Shown in pieces: positions 1 through 12,428 of a DNA stretch of 64,000 nucleotides (position 1 is its first letter; each line of letters opens with the position of its first letter). Source of the stretch: Octopus sinensis (taxonomy: Eukaryota); contig NW_021833108.1 of the NCBI RefSeq assembly GCF_006345805.1, forward strand, positions 1 to 64,000, given 5' to 3'. The notes beneath the pieces were generated by a model. That model saw nothing but the letters and a program-made list of their open reading frames with translations, was not told the origin of the DNA and did not search any database. The translations under genes and the position numbers were made by a program.

Positions 1-189
1 CCTGTATATATAAATAAATGCATGTATGTATTTATGTACATATGTATGTATTATCTATATATGTATGTCTATATATTTACACGCGCCTACACAGGCACCG
101 CATGCACCCGCTCACGCACATGCAGAGAGAGGGATAAGGATATGATGACATATGGATATTTGTGTTTGTAGGTGTTTAGGGAGGATGTG

Positions 190-460
190 TAGCGGTATGG
201 GTATTAGGCTCAAAGCAGTTAGGTCGTAGTTTCGAGTATCAGAGTTGTTGGCGCGCTCTATCCTTCAGCAAAGCACTTTTTCCACAATGTTTTACCCCCA
301 ACCGGTTCGGAACATGAGTACCAGTAAGTGCTGCGACTTTCATCCTGCAACAAACTGCTTTAACATAGACTAGGAGCCTGCTGCACTCTCTGTTGCTTCG
401 ACGCTAGTGAAAACGGAACAGCGTCACGGGCCGTTGGGCTTGAGAAAAACTTTAAACCTA
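190..460 (+). mobile_element. Degenerate tRNA-derived SINE
   Basis: Decayed tRNA-like head followed by TCCTTCAGCAAAGCACTT and ATGAGTACCAG segments like those in other SINEs of this window. Boundaries approximate. Confidence 0.4.
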
Positions 461-536
461 GCTCTTAGTAAGCATATATCTAAATATATTCGTACACAGG
501 CGTGTATATATGTCTGTGTGCATGTATATATATATA

Positions 537-568
<32 letters not shown>

Positions 569-959
569 GCAAGCTTGCATACACACACAAACGCAACATA
601 ATCCATATATGTTTTACAAACAAACATACCTGCATTCCTGCATGAATGCATACATACACAAGAGTCTCATACGCACGTTGGAAAATATGTAAATGAAGAC
701 TGTTCTTGTAGCTGTATACTTGCCAATCTAGGTGTGAGTGAGTGTTTGTGTAGGTGAGTGTCAATGCGTCTATTTCTATCGTATATGCCTTTTGTTTCAG
801 TATGTCATGTTTTGATATTTTATCCAGAGTAATGGGTCATCTGTTTCGGTCAATGGGACAACATCATCAAGCTCTTGCTTTATATTCCCTACTGCACTTC
901 ACTTAAGATCAAAGAAGCCCAGATACACACACACACACACGCGTACACACACACAATAC

Positions 960-977
960 ATATGTGTGTGTGACTGC

Positions 978-1012
<35 letters not shown>

Positions 1013-1522
1013 ATATATATACATGATACATACAAGTTATGTACAAGCGGATCATATATACATGTATATATACATATATATATATATACATACATATATA
1101 TATATTATACACACACATATATATAGATACAGATATATATATACACGATATATATATATATATATATTAATATAACATACATATATATATATACATACAT
1201 ACATTGATATATATATATATACATACATATATATATATATTCATTCATATATATATATAACATACATATATTATATTATAATATTATATATATCTATATA
1301 CATACATATATATATATATACATATATATATACATATATATATTACATATATATATATATACATATTATGTATATATATATACATAAATATATATACATA
1401 TATATACACATATATATATATACATATATATATAGATACATATATATATTATATATACATACATACATACATATAATATATACATACATGCATACATACA
1501 TTATATATATATACATACATAC

Positions 1523-1555
<33 letters not shown>

Positions 1556-1581
1556 CATACATACATACATAATATATATAC

Positions 1582-1614
<33 letters not shown>

Positions 1615-1760
1615 CATACATACATACATACATATACATAATATATAATATACATATATACATACATATATGTATATATATATATATATAATATATACAT
1701 ACATATTATATATTATATATATATATATATATACACACACAATATATATATAATTATGTA
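960..1760. repeat. (AT)n/(ACAT)n compound microsatellite
   Basis: Continuous TA and TACA mosaic; source of many spurious YIYI-type ORFs. Confidence 0.95.
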
Positions 1761-1873
1761 AATGTATAGACACAACTTATGCATTTTCATGCACGCACAA
1801 ACATATATAATTATATAGGTATACACTCATACATACATGAATATATGTTATATGTGTGTGTGTGTGTGTATGT

Positions 1874-1923
<50 letters not shown>

Positions 1924-2211
1924 ATGCGTGTGTGTATTCACATACCTAGATGATGCTGAGTGGGTGAGAGAAAGCAGTAACAGACTGGTTAGATGACACA
2001 ATGAACGTTAAGTTCATTCCTGTAAAGATTATTACGCAATATTATTTTTATCAGTGATTTTCTTTTGTTTTTATTTTATGTTTAGAAGAAGAAAAAAAAA
2101 CGATATAAATATGGTTGATAGGAAGTTGGTTAATAGTTTTAACAGTTATATACTTGACCTAACATGGCAGTCACCAGCCACCTTTCTCACTCTCACACAC
2201 ATACATGTATA

Positions 2212-2251
<40 letters not shown>

Positions 2252-2650
2252 TATACATAAATATATATGTGTGTGTATGTGTATGTGCATTTATATATAT
2301 GTTTATAATATTTATATAAATACATAGGAAGGTAGTATTTTTATATGTATATGTTATATATAAATTCCCACATATTGCATGCATATATATATAATTATCT
2401 ATATATATATACATATATAATTATATATACATATATATATATATACATATGTATATATATATATATGTATACATATATGTATATTTATATATATATATAC
2501 ATATATATATGTATGTATATATATATTACATACATATGCAACATAACTAGATATGCATATATATTTATATAACTATGCACATATACGCACGCAGACGTAT
2601 CTATTTCGTGTGGGTGTATGGGTCGAGCTGTGTGCCTGCTAGTGTCCGTA

Positions 2651-2820
<170 letters not shown>

Positions 2821-3344
2821 TGCGTGTATGTACATTAGGGCTGAGGGGAATATGCCTCAAAGCAGTGCTCTGCACTAAATGCGAAATAGAAATATGGCCA
2901 TGCATATATGATATATCGAAAATGTCAATTAATTGGATTATATCCAGGCAATTAGCAGACAAATCTCCCTTTACAGCCGTTCAAAATGTAAACTAAACGT
3001 GTTAAGAAGATGAGCTGAATCATATTAGCCAATCAAAATTTGTAGAAAATACAGTTGATTCCAATGGGCATGCACCTCCTCTTAGAAACCGTCCCATGAA
3101 ACAAACGGTGATCGGTGTCTATGAAGGCGGTGCTCCAGCATGGCCGCAGTCAAAAGACTGAAAAATGTAAAGAGAGTAAAGGGGCAGTAAATGTCAACCA
3201 ATTTAGGGGCAACCTAAGAACTGTAGTTTGAAATCTGGGTGTTTTTATTTTTCAGCTTTTATACATTAGTGTTTTTTTCTTTCGGGCTTTGGGTTAGGGC
3301 CATGCTAGAGTAGTCAACCCCAGAACTTACTTTTGAGCCTAGTT

Positions 3345-3555
3345 CTTATTCTGTCGGTATCGGTTTTACCAGATGGCTAAGGTTAAAAGTGTCATCGACG
3401 GTTGTGAAGCAGTGATGGGGCCAAACACAAACACAATGACACACACACGTCGATAGACCGAGAGACAGACAGACAGACAGACGGATATATGGACACATGC
3501 GGACAGCCGGACAGATAGATGGACTGACAGACAGATGCATACATACATACATACA

Positions 3556-3586
<31 letters not shown>

Positions 3587-3810
3587 CATACATACATACA
3601 TACATACATACATACATACATACATACACACACGCATATATACATAAGACGGGCTTCTTTCAGTTTCAGTCTACCGGAAGCACTCACAAGGCTTTGAGCG
3701 GCCGGGGTTAGAATGAAAGTCATTGCCCAAAAATGCTGCACAGTTGATCTGAACCAAAGACCGCATGGTTGGGAAGCAAGCTTCTTACTACATAGCCATA
3801 TCTGCACCTG
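3345..3810 (-). mobile_element. SINE family A (tRNA-like head, internal microsatellite), diverged copy
   Basis: Matches the reverse complement of the copies at 6535-7065 and 49863-50285; internal (GACA)n/(CATA)n tract. Confidence 0.75.
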
Positions 3811-3823
3811 CACATGTTCAATT

Positions 3824-3900
<77 letters not shown>

Positions 3901-4014
3901 ATATATATAATACAGCTCTATATCTGGGAGATAAGGAATTATTTACATTACATTTGACGGATATAATAATAATGAAAATAATAACAACGGCAACAACAAC
4001 AACAACAATAAAAC

Positions 4015-4058
<44 letters not shown>

Positions 4059-4061
<3 letters not shown>

Positions 4062-4997
4062 CAAACAAGAACTCATACTACCTAACAACTATGTAGAAGA
4101 AGAAGAAACAACAAAAGCTATAAAACAAATGAAATCCAAAATAAAACTAGAACAGCAGCGGACCTTGATAAAACGATGGCAAGGAAAGCCACCTCATGGC
4201 AAATACTGGATCAAACTAAACAAAAAATAATAGCTTAGAAGCTTAGGACTCGAAGCAGAGACTGAAGGTTTTTTAATTGTAGCACTAAACTAAAGCCTCT
4301 CCACCAGAAATTACTAAAAATATATAATGAAAAGAAACATAACAAGTAACTGCAGAATATGTGGAGATGGACAAGAAACAATAAATCATATTATCTCTGG
4401 CTGCTCAGTCCTGGCTAAGAAGGAATATACTCACGGACACGACAGAGTTGGGACCTACATACACTGGAAGCTATGCCAACACTATGGAATAACAACAGAA
4501 AAAAGATGGTATAAGCACACGGCCAGAAAAAGTCACAGAAAACGAGAAAGCAACCATAATCTGGGATATGCTAATACACACAGATAGGGAAATTAAGGCC
4601 AATAGGCCAGATATAGTTGTCAGAGATTACGAAGAAAAAAAATGCTTTCTAATTGATGTATCAATACCAGCAAATGACAACGTTTCTCTAAAAGAAATGG
4701 AGAAATTTTCAAAATACAAAGACGTGGAAATAGAGATAACTCGAATATGGAATCTAAAAACAGAAAGAATTCCCATCATAGTGGGTGCATTAGGTATGAT
4801 AAAAAAATATTCAGACAAATACATCACAAAAATACCAGAACTTACAAATATATACAACATACAGAAAATTGCACTACTTGGCACTGCACACATCCTACGC
4901 AAAACACTTTCAATACAGTAACCATAAGTGCATCACAGCAAACCACAGTACTTAACCGGTAGTGAACTGAAAGCACGTTATAAAAATAAAACTACTG
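4059..4997 (+). mobile_element. Dong/R4-clade RLE non-LTR retrotransposon, 5'-truncated and degenerate (family 1)
   Basis: ORFs 4327-4587 and 4568-4921 give CRICGDGQETINHIISGC (CCHC finger), RPDIVVRD...FLID (PD-D nuclease) and GALG, with stops and frameshifts. Flanked by (AAT)n and homologous to 11401-12428. Confidence 0.9.
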
Positions 4998-5147
4998 AAT
5001 AATAAAAACATCGGGAAAATACCTTAGAAATGAGAACCCAGGTTCGAAATTCTCCTAGGACACCTGATGAAGGCTGGAGAGTACAGCAGCCGAAACTTTG
5101 TTAACAACTAACAAGATGAGGACAAATATCCGACAAATGTAAATAAT
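4998..5147 (+). mobile_element. 3' half of SINE family E (hammerhead-bearing)
   Basis: Homologous to the reverse complement of 32465-32640 (AATGAGAACCCAGGTTCGAAAT...GGACACCTGATGA...GATGAGGACAAA). Confidence 0.8.
5058..5102 (+). ncRNA. Hammerhead ribozyme-like motif, stems I/III damaged
   Basis: CTGATGA (5064-5070), extra A, stem II GGCTG/CAGCC, GAAAC (5092-5096). The 3' side reads TTTGTT instead of GTTGTGTT. Confidence 0.55.
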
Positions 5148-5151
5148 ATAC

Positions 5152-5218
<67 letters not shown>

Positions 5219-5231
5219 CACGTGTACACAC

Positions 5232-5262
<31 letters not shown>

Positions 5263-5354
5263 TATCGTTTATCTTTTATATTTTACTGGTTTTAGCCAAA
5301 GGTTGAAGCCATGCTGGAGCACTAACTTTCAATGTGTTTGGGTTTCTTTTCTGT

Positions 5355-5525
5355 TCTACTTCCTGTGAAGTAGCGAGTTGGGCGGAGTCGTTCTTCTTTG
5401 TGCCTCCTGCCGCGATGTGGGTTCATCTGGTATTTCAGATAAAAATTTGCCCATACGCTCTTTGAAAGCCTCCACATCAATATATGATCGAATAAATTAC
5501 GTTGATGGCCGTTTACGAACATATC
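5355..5525 (-). mobile_element. CR1/L2-like LINE 3' ORF2 fragment
   Basis: Minus-strand reading DVEAFKERMGKFLSEIPDEPTSRQ, homologous to FKIKLDLFLSSIPDEPTSRQ at 45905-46135. Confidence 0.65.
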
Positions 5526-6534
5526 TAAAAGTCGGAAGTCACCGAAGGAATTATATCCCTAAAATGATATGAAATATATCGCGCATTTAACACACAATAT
5601 GGCTTTATGTCTGATTACTTCTCTTTGTATTGTTTTGTCAATGCACACGGTTCTTTAGTTCAATGCTTTTGGTTCTTTACATGTGGGAGGAAAGGAGAAA
5701 GATTTCCTCAAATCAAGTCAAACCTGGATCAAATGCTCACAATAAAATAGACAATACTAAAAATGTTCATGGATCATGTGGTCAGATTAACAAGGTGATA
5801 GATTAAACAAAAGTCGGTGCTCCATCCGTGAATCTAGGTCGGGTGACTTACCCGGACTGATGTAACCTTTACATGCCTGATATTCCGATCGAACGATGAG
5901 GTATGAATGTCAGGTTAAGGTTTAAGTCACCTTTGCTAGCTGAAATATCTCATCTGCGTACGCCACGACTACAGATGATAGCATTAGTTCGCTAACTGAA
6001 CTGGTTGATCCTGGCCGTTAATAACACAGTCTAACGCTATAGTTGTCCTTGGGTAGCAACTGTTATTTCCTATTTGCTTACCCCTAGAAAGTTTGCAAAA
6101 ATGGCTAATATTTCCTTCAAACTTTGCTTTTGTTACATTTATTCAAATCTGAAAGTCTTCTTCTTAACTCATGGCTATGATGTTCCCCCACTACTACTGC
6201 TCATGATCAGAGATGCACATATTGTCAGCCACTAAGGGTGATGCTCAACTGGTTATGGTCAAGCAACTGACAAGCAAATCTGTGGTATGGAGCAGAATAT
6301 TTGCTATAATGATATTTATGCTTCAGCAACACAGCGCTGAATCTGTCCGAAGTATAATGGAAAACAGGTCAGTTTAAAACCATTGATGTCCAGATCAGAA
6401 AAGCAAAGTTTGAAGGGAATAGTAGTTATTTCCTTCGATTTTTAGATAGAAACAAATAGGAAATAACACACCAAAAACAATAAAAAATTAAGATTTTCTT
6501 ACACAGCATATACCATATATATATTATTTACATA

Positions 6535-7065
6535 GGCGTAGGAGTGGCTGTGTGGTAAGTAGCTTGCTTACGAACCACATGGTTCCGGGTTCAGTCCCAC
6601 TACGTGGTACCTACCTTGGGCAAGTGTCTTTTACTATAGCCTCAGGCTGACCAAAGCCTTGTGAGTGGATTTGGTAGACGGAAACTGAAAGAAGCCCGTC
6701 GTATATATGTATATATTTATATATATGTATATATTTATATATATATGTATATATTTATATACGTATATATTTCCTGAGCGCCATACTAATACAATTGTTT
6801 GTTTGTTTTCCACCTGCCTTCGTCTTTTGTCTATTTTCATAAAGCTTCCCGTTATATATTTATATGTATGTGTGTGTATATGTTTGTGTGTCTGCACCAA
6901 CCAATATCGCTTGACAACCGATGCTGGTGTGTTAAGTCCCTGTAGCGGTTCGGCAAAAGAGACCGACAGAATAAGTACTAGGCTTCCAAAGAATAAGTGG
7001 GGTGGATTTCCTCGATTAAAGGCAGTGCTCCAGCATGGCCACAGTCAAATGACAGAAACGAGCAA
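6535..7065 (+). mobile_element. SINE family A, full copy with an insert in its microsatellite
   Basis: Head GGCGTAGGAGTGGCTGTGTGGTAAG...GGTTCAGTCCC and tail GGCAGTGCTCCAGCATGGCCACAGTC. Segment 6766-6852 resembles the repeat at 24010-24085. Confidence 0.85.
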
Positions 7066-8283
7066 AAGAGAGAGAGAGAGTAATTTGTTGTCTGTTCATC
7101 CACTCAGCATCAAAATATGTTGTTCGTTGTTGACCCATCTACCGAAATTGTTCGCATCCAATGATTCTGCATTCCATGATTTCAGCTTGTATAGTTACAT
7201 GCTATTTATCCATATCTGGGACCCTAAGAGGTCCTAATACCCAATCCCTAACGGGTTAGAATAGACCTGAGGACAATAATGGTTAAGAGGTAGTTCCTCA
7301 TTCTTCAAAACCTTGAAACTTCTAATCAGGATGCAGTTTAAAATCATACCTAGGCAAAAAAAAAAAAAAAGCGATGCTCCAGTGGGAGCAGGATGAAATA
7401 AATCGTCAGGGCTAAACAAACCGGGGCCTGCAAAAGAAGATTAATTGTCATGGCATGAAAAGAAAGGAGTTTCAAAGATTTAGGGACAGGAATTCTTCAA
7501 TGAAAGGATATTAATGAAGTTAAAAATCTTCTTGAATCCTCCAGTTTGGGCGCAGTTAAATGGCTGAAACCACTAAAAGATCATGAGAATCTAACGAAAC
7601 TATTGAAGTAAAACATGTATACATATGCACACACAATGTTGCGGACATGCACAATGATACACGTGTGCACGTAACCACTGTTGCACATGCAAACACAAAT
7701 ACACAAAGACACGTTTAATACGTACATATATGCGTGTGTGCGTGTGTTTATGTATGTGCGTGTGTGTGTATATATGTGTGTGTATTTGTATATGTATGTA
7801 CATATGCGTCTATATGTATACGTGTGTGTTTGTGTATATATATACGCATGTTTGTGTATGTGTGTGTGTATGTGTGTGCATGTGTATATGTACATGTGTG
7901 TGTATGCATACGTGTGTATGTGCGTGTGTATACGCGAGTGTGTGTGTATGTATACGCATGTGTGTATATGTATACGCGCGTGTGTGTATGTATGTATATA
8001 TGTGTATGTATACGCGTGTGTGTGGGTATATATGTGTGTATGTGTTTATGTATATATGTATATGTATGCATATGTGTGTGTGTGTGTCACTAATTTCTCT
8101 GATGTTAATGAAGTCAATACGTTTTATTGACAGACATTTATTGCCAGTGAATTGGATGACGAAAACCACTGACCTCTGGGCGGTCATTGGCCTAGAATAT
8201 TTCATGTCAGTCGTCTGCTGTCTAAAACGGCTGCACAATTGCATATGCACTAACACGCACAGATGCAACCCCGCACGCACATT

Positions 8284-8335
<52 letters not shown>

Positions 8336-9029
8336 TACACACATAAACACATGCACTCGCTCCCGCGCACGCACACAAACATTCTACATTGCACCAGTTA
8401 CATTCAGATATGAACACACGTGTTTCTCTCCCTATCACATTTTCTTCGTTTACACCCAAACATCTATGCATATACGTATGTGTGTGTATATGTGTGCATA
8501 TATATATATAATATATATATATATATATAATATATATATTATATATTATATATATATGTCTGTGTGTGTGTATTTAATTGGTGATTTTAAATTAGATTAA
8601 AACGGAACGGAAAAAATGGAAGAAAACGGAAAAATACAGAAAAACAGTCTAAATATCTAGACACAGACACTAACAAATATACTCGTGCGTGCGCGCCTGA
8701 ATAAGAGAATCTTGTGTGTGGTGTGGTGTGTGTGTGTGTGTGTGTGTGTGTTGTGTGTGTGTGTGTGTGTGTGTGTGTATGAGTATGTGTGTTGTGTGTA
8801 CATACATACATACATACAAGTTTCGGGTAAGAAATTTGTAGACAGCTCTGCAAAGCCCGTCAATAGTTATTGGCTATCTGATGTCATCAGACAGTGGAAA
8901 TGCTGCTGCTGCTGCTATTAGCATTGTACCAGGAATTCCATAGTATCCGTCGAGTTTATGTAGATAGACAAATAATGGAAAATGGGGTTAACGACATACT
9001 TTATTTAAAATTTGACCAAAATGGAAAAT

Positions 9030-9330
9030 TTCTACCCTCAGCCCTTTCAATCGCATCCACGACAGAACATTTTCCCCGAAACTATTCTGCTTATTCCAGT
9101 TCTTCTGGGCCGAGCACATCGGTCCAGTTCTCCCCGTTGGAAGTCTGTGTCAAACCAAATACCGAACAATTTAACCGGTCGGTCCATCCAGTGTCCGCAA
9201 TACTGTTGAATGACATTGATTTGCCTTTCCCCAGTACCGAGCTGTATGCTCATCGATTTCCCGTCAGATTTTGCTCTTGTCACCACATCGTATTCCTTTA
9301 GAGCAGTACCGATCATCTCAGTTTGTTTTG
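9030..9330 (-). pseudogene. Tx1/L1-clade LINE ORF2 fragment (late RT region)
   Basis: IGTALKEYDVVTRAKSDGKSMSIQLGT...GHWMDRPVKLFGIWF resembles the AKIN..KS...VKYLGIWF region of L1/Tx1 RT; frameshifted. Confidence 0.75.
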
Positions 9331-9535
9331 GTTTTTGACACTGTTACGATAACGTCGTTGCATATGCAAACATGGATCTTCCGCATTTTAGTTCTCATGG
9401 GATGTCTCCAGAAACCTCCAATCATTGCAATAGTGGCACTAGGGCAGGGGAAATTTTTTAGTGAGGTGGACAAAAAATTCCAACGAAAAAGAAACGCGGA
9501 TGAATCACAAGTTTTAACTCTTATATCTGTGTTAA

Positions 9536-9722
9536 TCTCTATATATATAAAACTGAGAATGTGTGTCTGTCTGTGTGTTTCCCTAAAACTTGAGAACTAC
9601 ACAACCAATTTCATTCAAATTTTACACATGCTTTACTTAAGGTCCGGGGAGTGTCATCGGCAAAATTTTTTTTAACTTTTTGCCTAGGGCGAGCCCACAG
9701 CAATATCATATCTTCTCCACTA
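9536..9722 (+). mobile_element. Non-autonomous Helitron 5' fragment
   Basis: A|TC start followed by TATATATAAAACTGAGAATGTGTG..., matching the 5' part of 37184-38225. Confidence 0.7.
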
Positions 9723-9840
9723 CCTGTTAATCTAGGGTGTCCGGTGTTTTTATCTCTCTCATTAAATCATCATTTTTGTTATGAAGTGCCACAATCTCTC
9801 TGTCCGCTACTTCTTTCCTTGTTATTTTTGGTTGGACTCT

Positions 9841-10994
9841 TTATGTTGTTGTTTTTTTTTTGTTGTTGTTGTTTTTTGGTTGTGGTTCTACTTGTTTTGG
9901 TTGGTTTTCATTTTCCATTTTTCTTTTGCTAATAACTTTCTTTGTTTCTGTTTGTTTTTCTTTCTCTTCCTCCTCATCTTCAGATTCCTCCTCGCCTTCC
10001 TTGCAGTATTTTTTTACATAGCCCAGCTGGCCACACTGAAAACAACGGGGTTTACGCTCTTCGACAAAAACGTTGAGGAACTCCTCCCCAACTTCTATTT
10101 TTTCTGGAAGCTGCTCTAATATAGCCTGTTCTGTTTGAATTAACAGGTGGACCGTGTGACCGGTCAAATTTGCCTTTTCTGAAACGGTAGCTTGAAGTAT
10201 TGTTACCTCATCTGCTCTTTCTGCCAGGACTGCCGCCATCAACCACATAGGGTCGACTTTTAGGTAGGACGTTTGGTATTCGTATTTTGGATGTTCTCAT
10301 ACCCATGTATATTGGTATTAAAATCACGTCTTCTGTTCCAAAGGATTTTACGAGTGCAATGTGCAGTTTCAATGTTTTTTAGGTGTACCTCTTTGGTACC
10401 GAACCTTTTCCCTCTGGCTAGATATGTTATATCCTGCCAGATGGGCTTTAGACATTTTTCAACCTTCTCCTCGCTTACTAGTTCGATTTTTATTTCTTTT
10501 CGGCAGTATGGTTTAAACATAATTGTTTTTTTTTCTTCTCTGTCAATGAAAGCTCTTCTGGGGGTTGATCCTTGACAACGCCGTCTTGAATTATTATCAT
10601 GTACATTAAAATGTCACTTTTCTTCGTCGACAGATGACAAGTTCTGTCTCCATCTGCAGACGTAAAACTTCTTTTTGTTTACCCTTCTCCATTTGAAATC
10701 TTTTCACTTCGACACTCTTCCCTGCAACGTCAGTCCTCGGCAGACATGGGAATTCGCTCTCAGACGAATCCAAAACATCTTCCAACAATATTCTTTCCAC
10801 CTTTCTGACCTCCAAATCTGTCGAATCCTCGTCAAATGAATACAAACTTTTGGGCATCTTGCCAGCAATTTAGTGTTTCGCCCTACAGGGGAAAACACAC
10901 AAATAAAACAAGCGTCAACACGGAAACAGTCAACGGAAACTACACTTACTATACAGACGCACTTCGGCAACAATACCAACACTTCCAATTCACA
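9841..10994 (-). pseudogene. Tx1-like LINE 5' UTR and ORF1 (gag-like, zinc knuckle), disrupted
   Basis: ATG at 10857, with colinear ORF pieces 10857-10606, 10520-10260 and 10248-9841. The last contains RCFQCGQLGYVKKYC (CX2CX4HX4C knuckle, H->Y) followed by an acidic/basic tail. Confidence 0.75.
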
Positions 10995-11385
10995 CAGACG
11001 AAATACCTATTTCTTTACTGCTCACAAGGGGCTACACACAGAGGGGACAAACAAGGACAGGCAAACGGATTAAGTCGATTACATAGTAACTGGTACTTAA
11101 TCGATCCCGAAAGGATGAAAGGCAAAGTCGACCTCAGTGGAATTTGAACTCAGAACGTAAGGACAGACGAAATAACTATTTCTTTACTACCCACAAGGGG
11201 CTAAACACAGAGAGGACAAACAAGGACAGGCAAACGGATTAAGTCGATTATATCGACCCCAGTGCGTAACTGGTACTTATTTAATCGACCCCGAAAGGAA
11301 TTTGAACTCAGAACGTAATCGCAGACGAAATACCGTTCAGCATTTCGCCCGGCGTGCTAACGTTTCTGCCAGCTCACCGACCCCT
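10995..11385 (-). mobile_element. SINE family C nested/tandem array
   Basis: One head followed by two body + tail units. Motif TATTTCGTCTG (plus strand CAGACGAAATA) at 11322-11332, 11164-11174 and 10995-11005. Confidence 0.85.
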
Positions 11386-11400
11386 TAATAATAATAATAA

Positions 11401-12428
11401 TACTGTTCTCAGTATTTAAGGAAGCTGACAACTACAAACAAGAAATCATACCACCTAATAAACACAAAGAAGAAGAAGAAGATGATGAAGAAACAACAAA
11501 AGCTATAAAACAAATGAAATCCAAACTAAAAATAGAACAGCAACGAGCCATGATAAAATGATGGCAAGAAAAGCCCCTTCATGGTAATACTGCACTAAAC
11601 TAAACGCAAAAGAAATAGACAAAGAAAAATCCCAGCAATGGTGAGAAGCTCAGGACTCAAAGCAGAAACAGAGGGATTTTTAATTGCAGCACAAGACCAA
11701 AGCCTCCCCACCAGAAATTACCAAAAACATGTAATGAAAAGAAATATTACAAGTAATTGCAGAATATGTGGAGATGGACAAGAAACAATAAATCATATTA
11801 TCTCTAGCTGCCCAGTCCTGGCTAAGAAGGAATATATTCACAGACATGACAGAGTTGGAACCTACATACATTGGAAGCTATGCCAACATTATGGAATAAC
11901 AACAGAAAAAAGATGGTATAGGCACACACCAGAAAAGGTCACAGAAAACGAGAAAGCAGCCATACTCTGGGATATGCCGATACACACAGATAGAGAAATT
12001 AAGGCCAACAGACCAGATATAGTTGTCAGAGATCATGAAGAAAAAAAATGCTTTCTAATTGACGTATCAATACCGGCAGATGACAACGTGTCTCTAAAAG
12101 AAATGGAGAAACTCTCAAAATACAAAGACCTGGAAATAGAGGTAACTAGAATGTGGAACCTGAAAACAGAAACAATTCCTATCATAGTAGGTGCATTAGG
12201 CATGATAAAAAAATATTCAGACAAATACATAACAAAAACACCAGGACTTACAAACACATATAACATACAGAAAATTGCACTACTAGGCACTGCACACATC
12301 CTACGCAGAACACTTTCCATACAATAACCATCAGAGCATCACAACAAATCACAGCACATACCCAAGGCACACAGAGCTGCGCTCGGTAGTGAAGTGAAAG
12401 CACGCTATTAAAAATAAAACTACTGAAT
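11401..12428 (+). mobile_element. Dong/R4-clade RLE non-LTR retrotransposon, 5'-truncated (family 1)
   Basis: Open 229-aa frame 11638-12327 with a C-X2-C-X8-H-X4-C finger, RHD, RPD-X12-LID nuclease, KxxKYxxL and IVGALG. (TAA)n on both sides; upstream stops. Confidence 0.92.

Noticed and set aside
10995-11385. Repeat-spacer-like periodicity suggestive of a CRISPR array (also 22460-23035 and 56090-56535)
   Set aside because: Units are about 170 bp and homologous along their whole length, with no unique spacers and no cas genes; they are SINE arrays in a eukaryotic genome.
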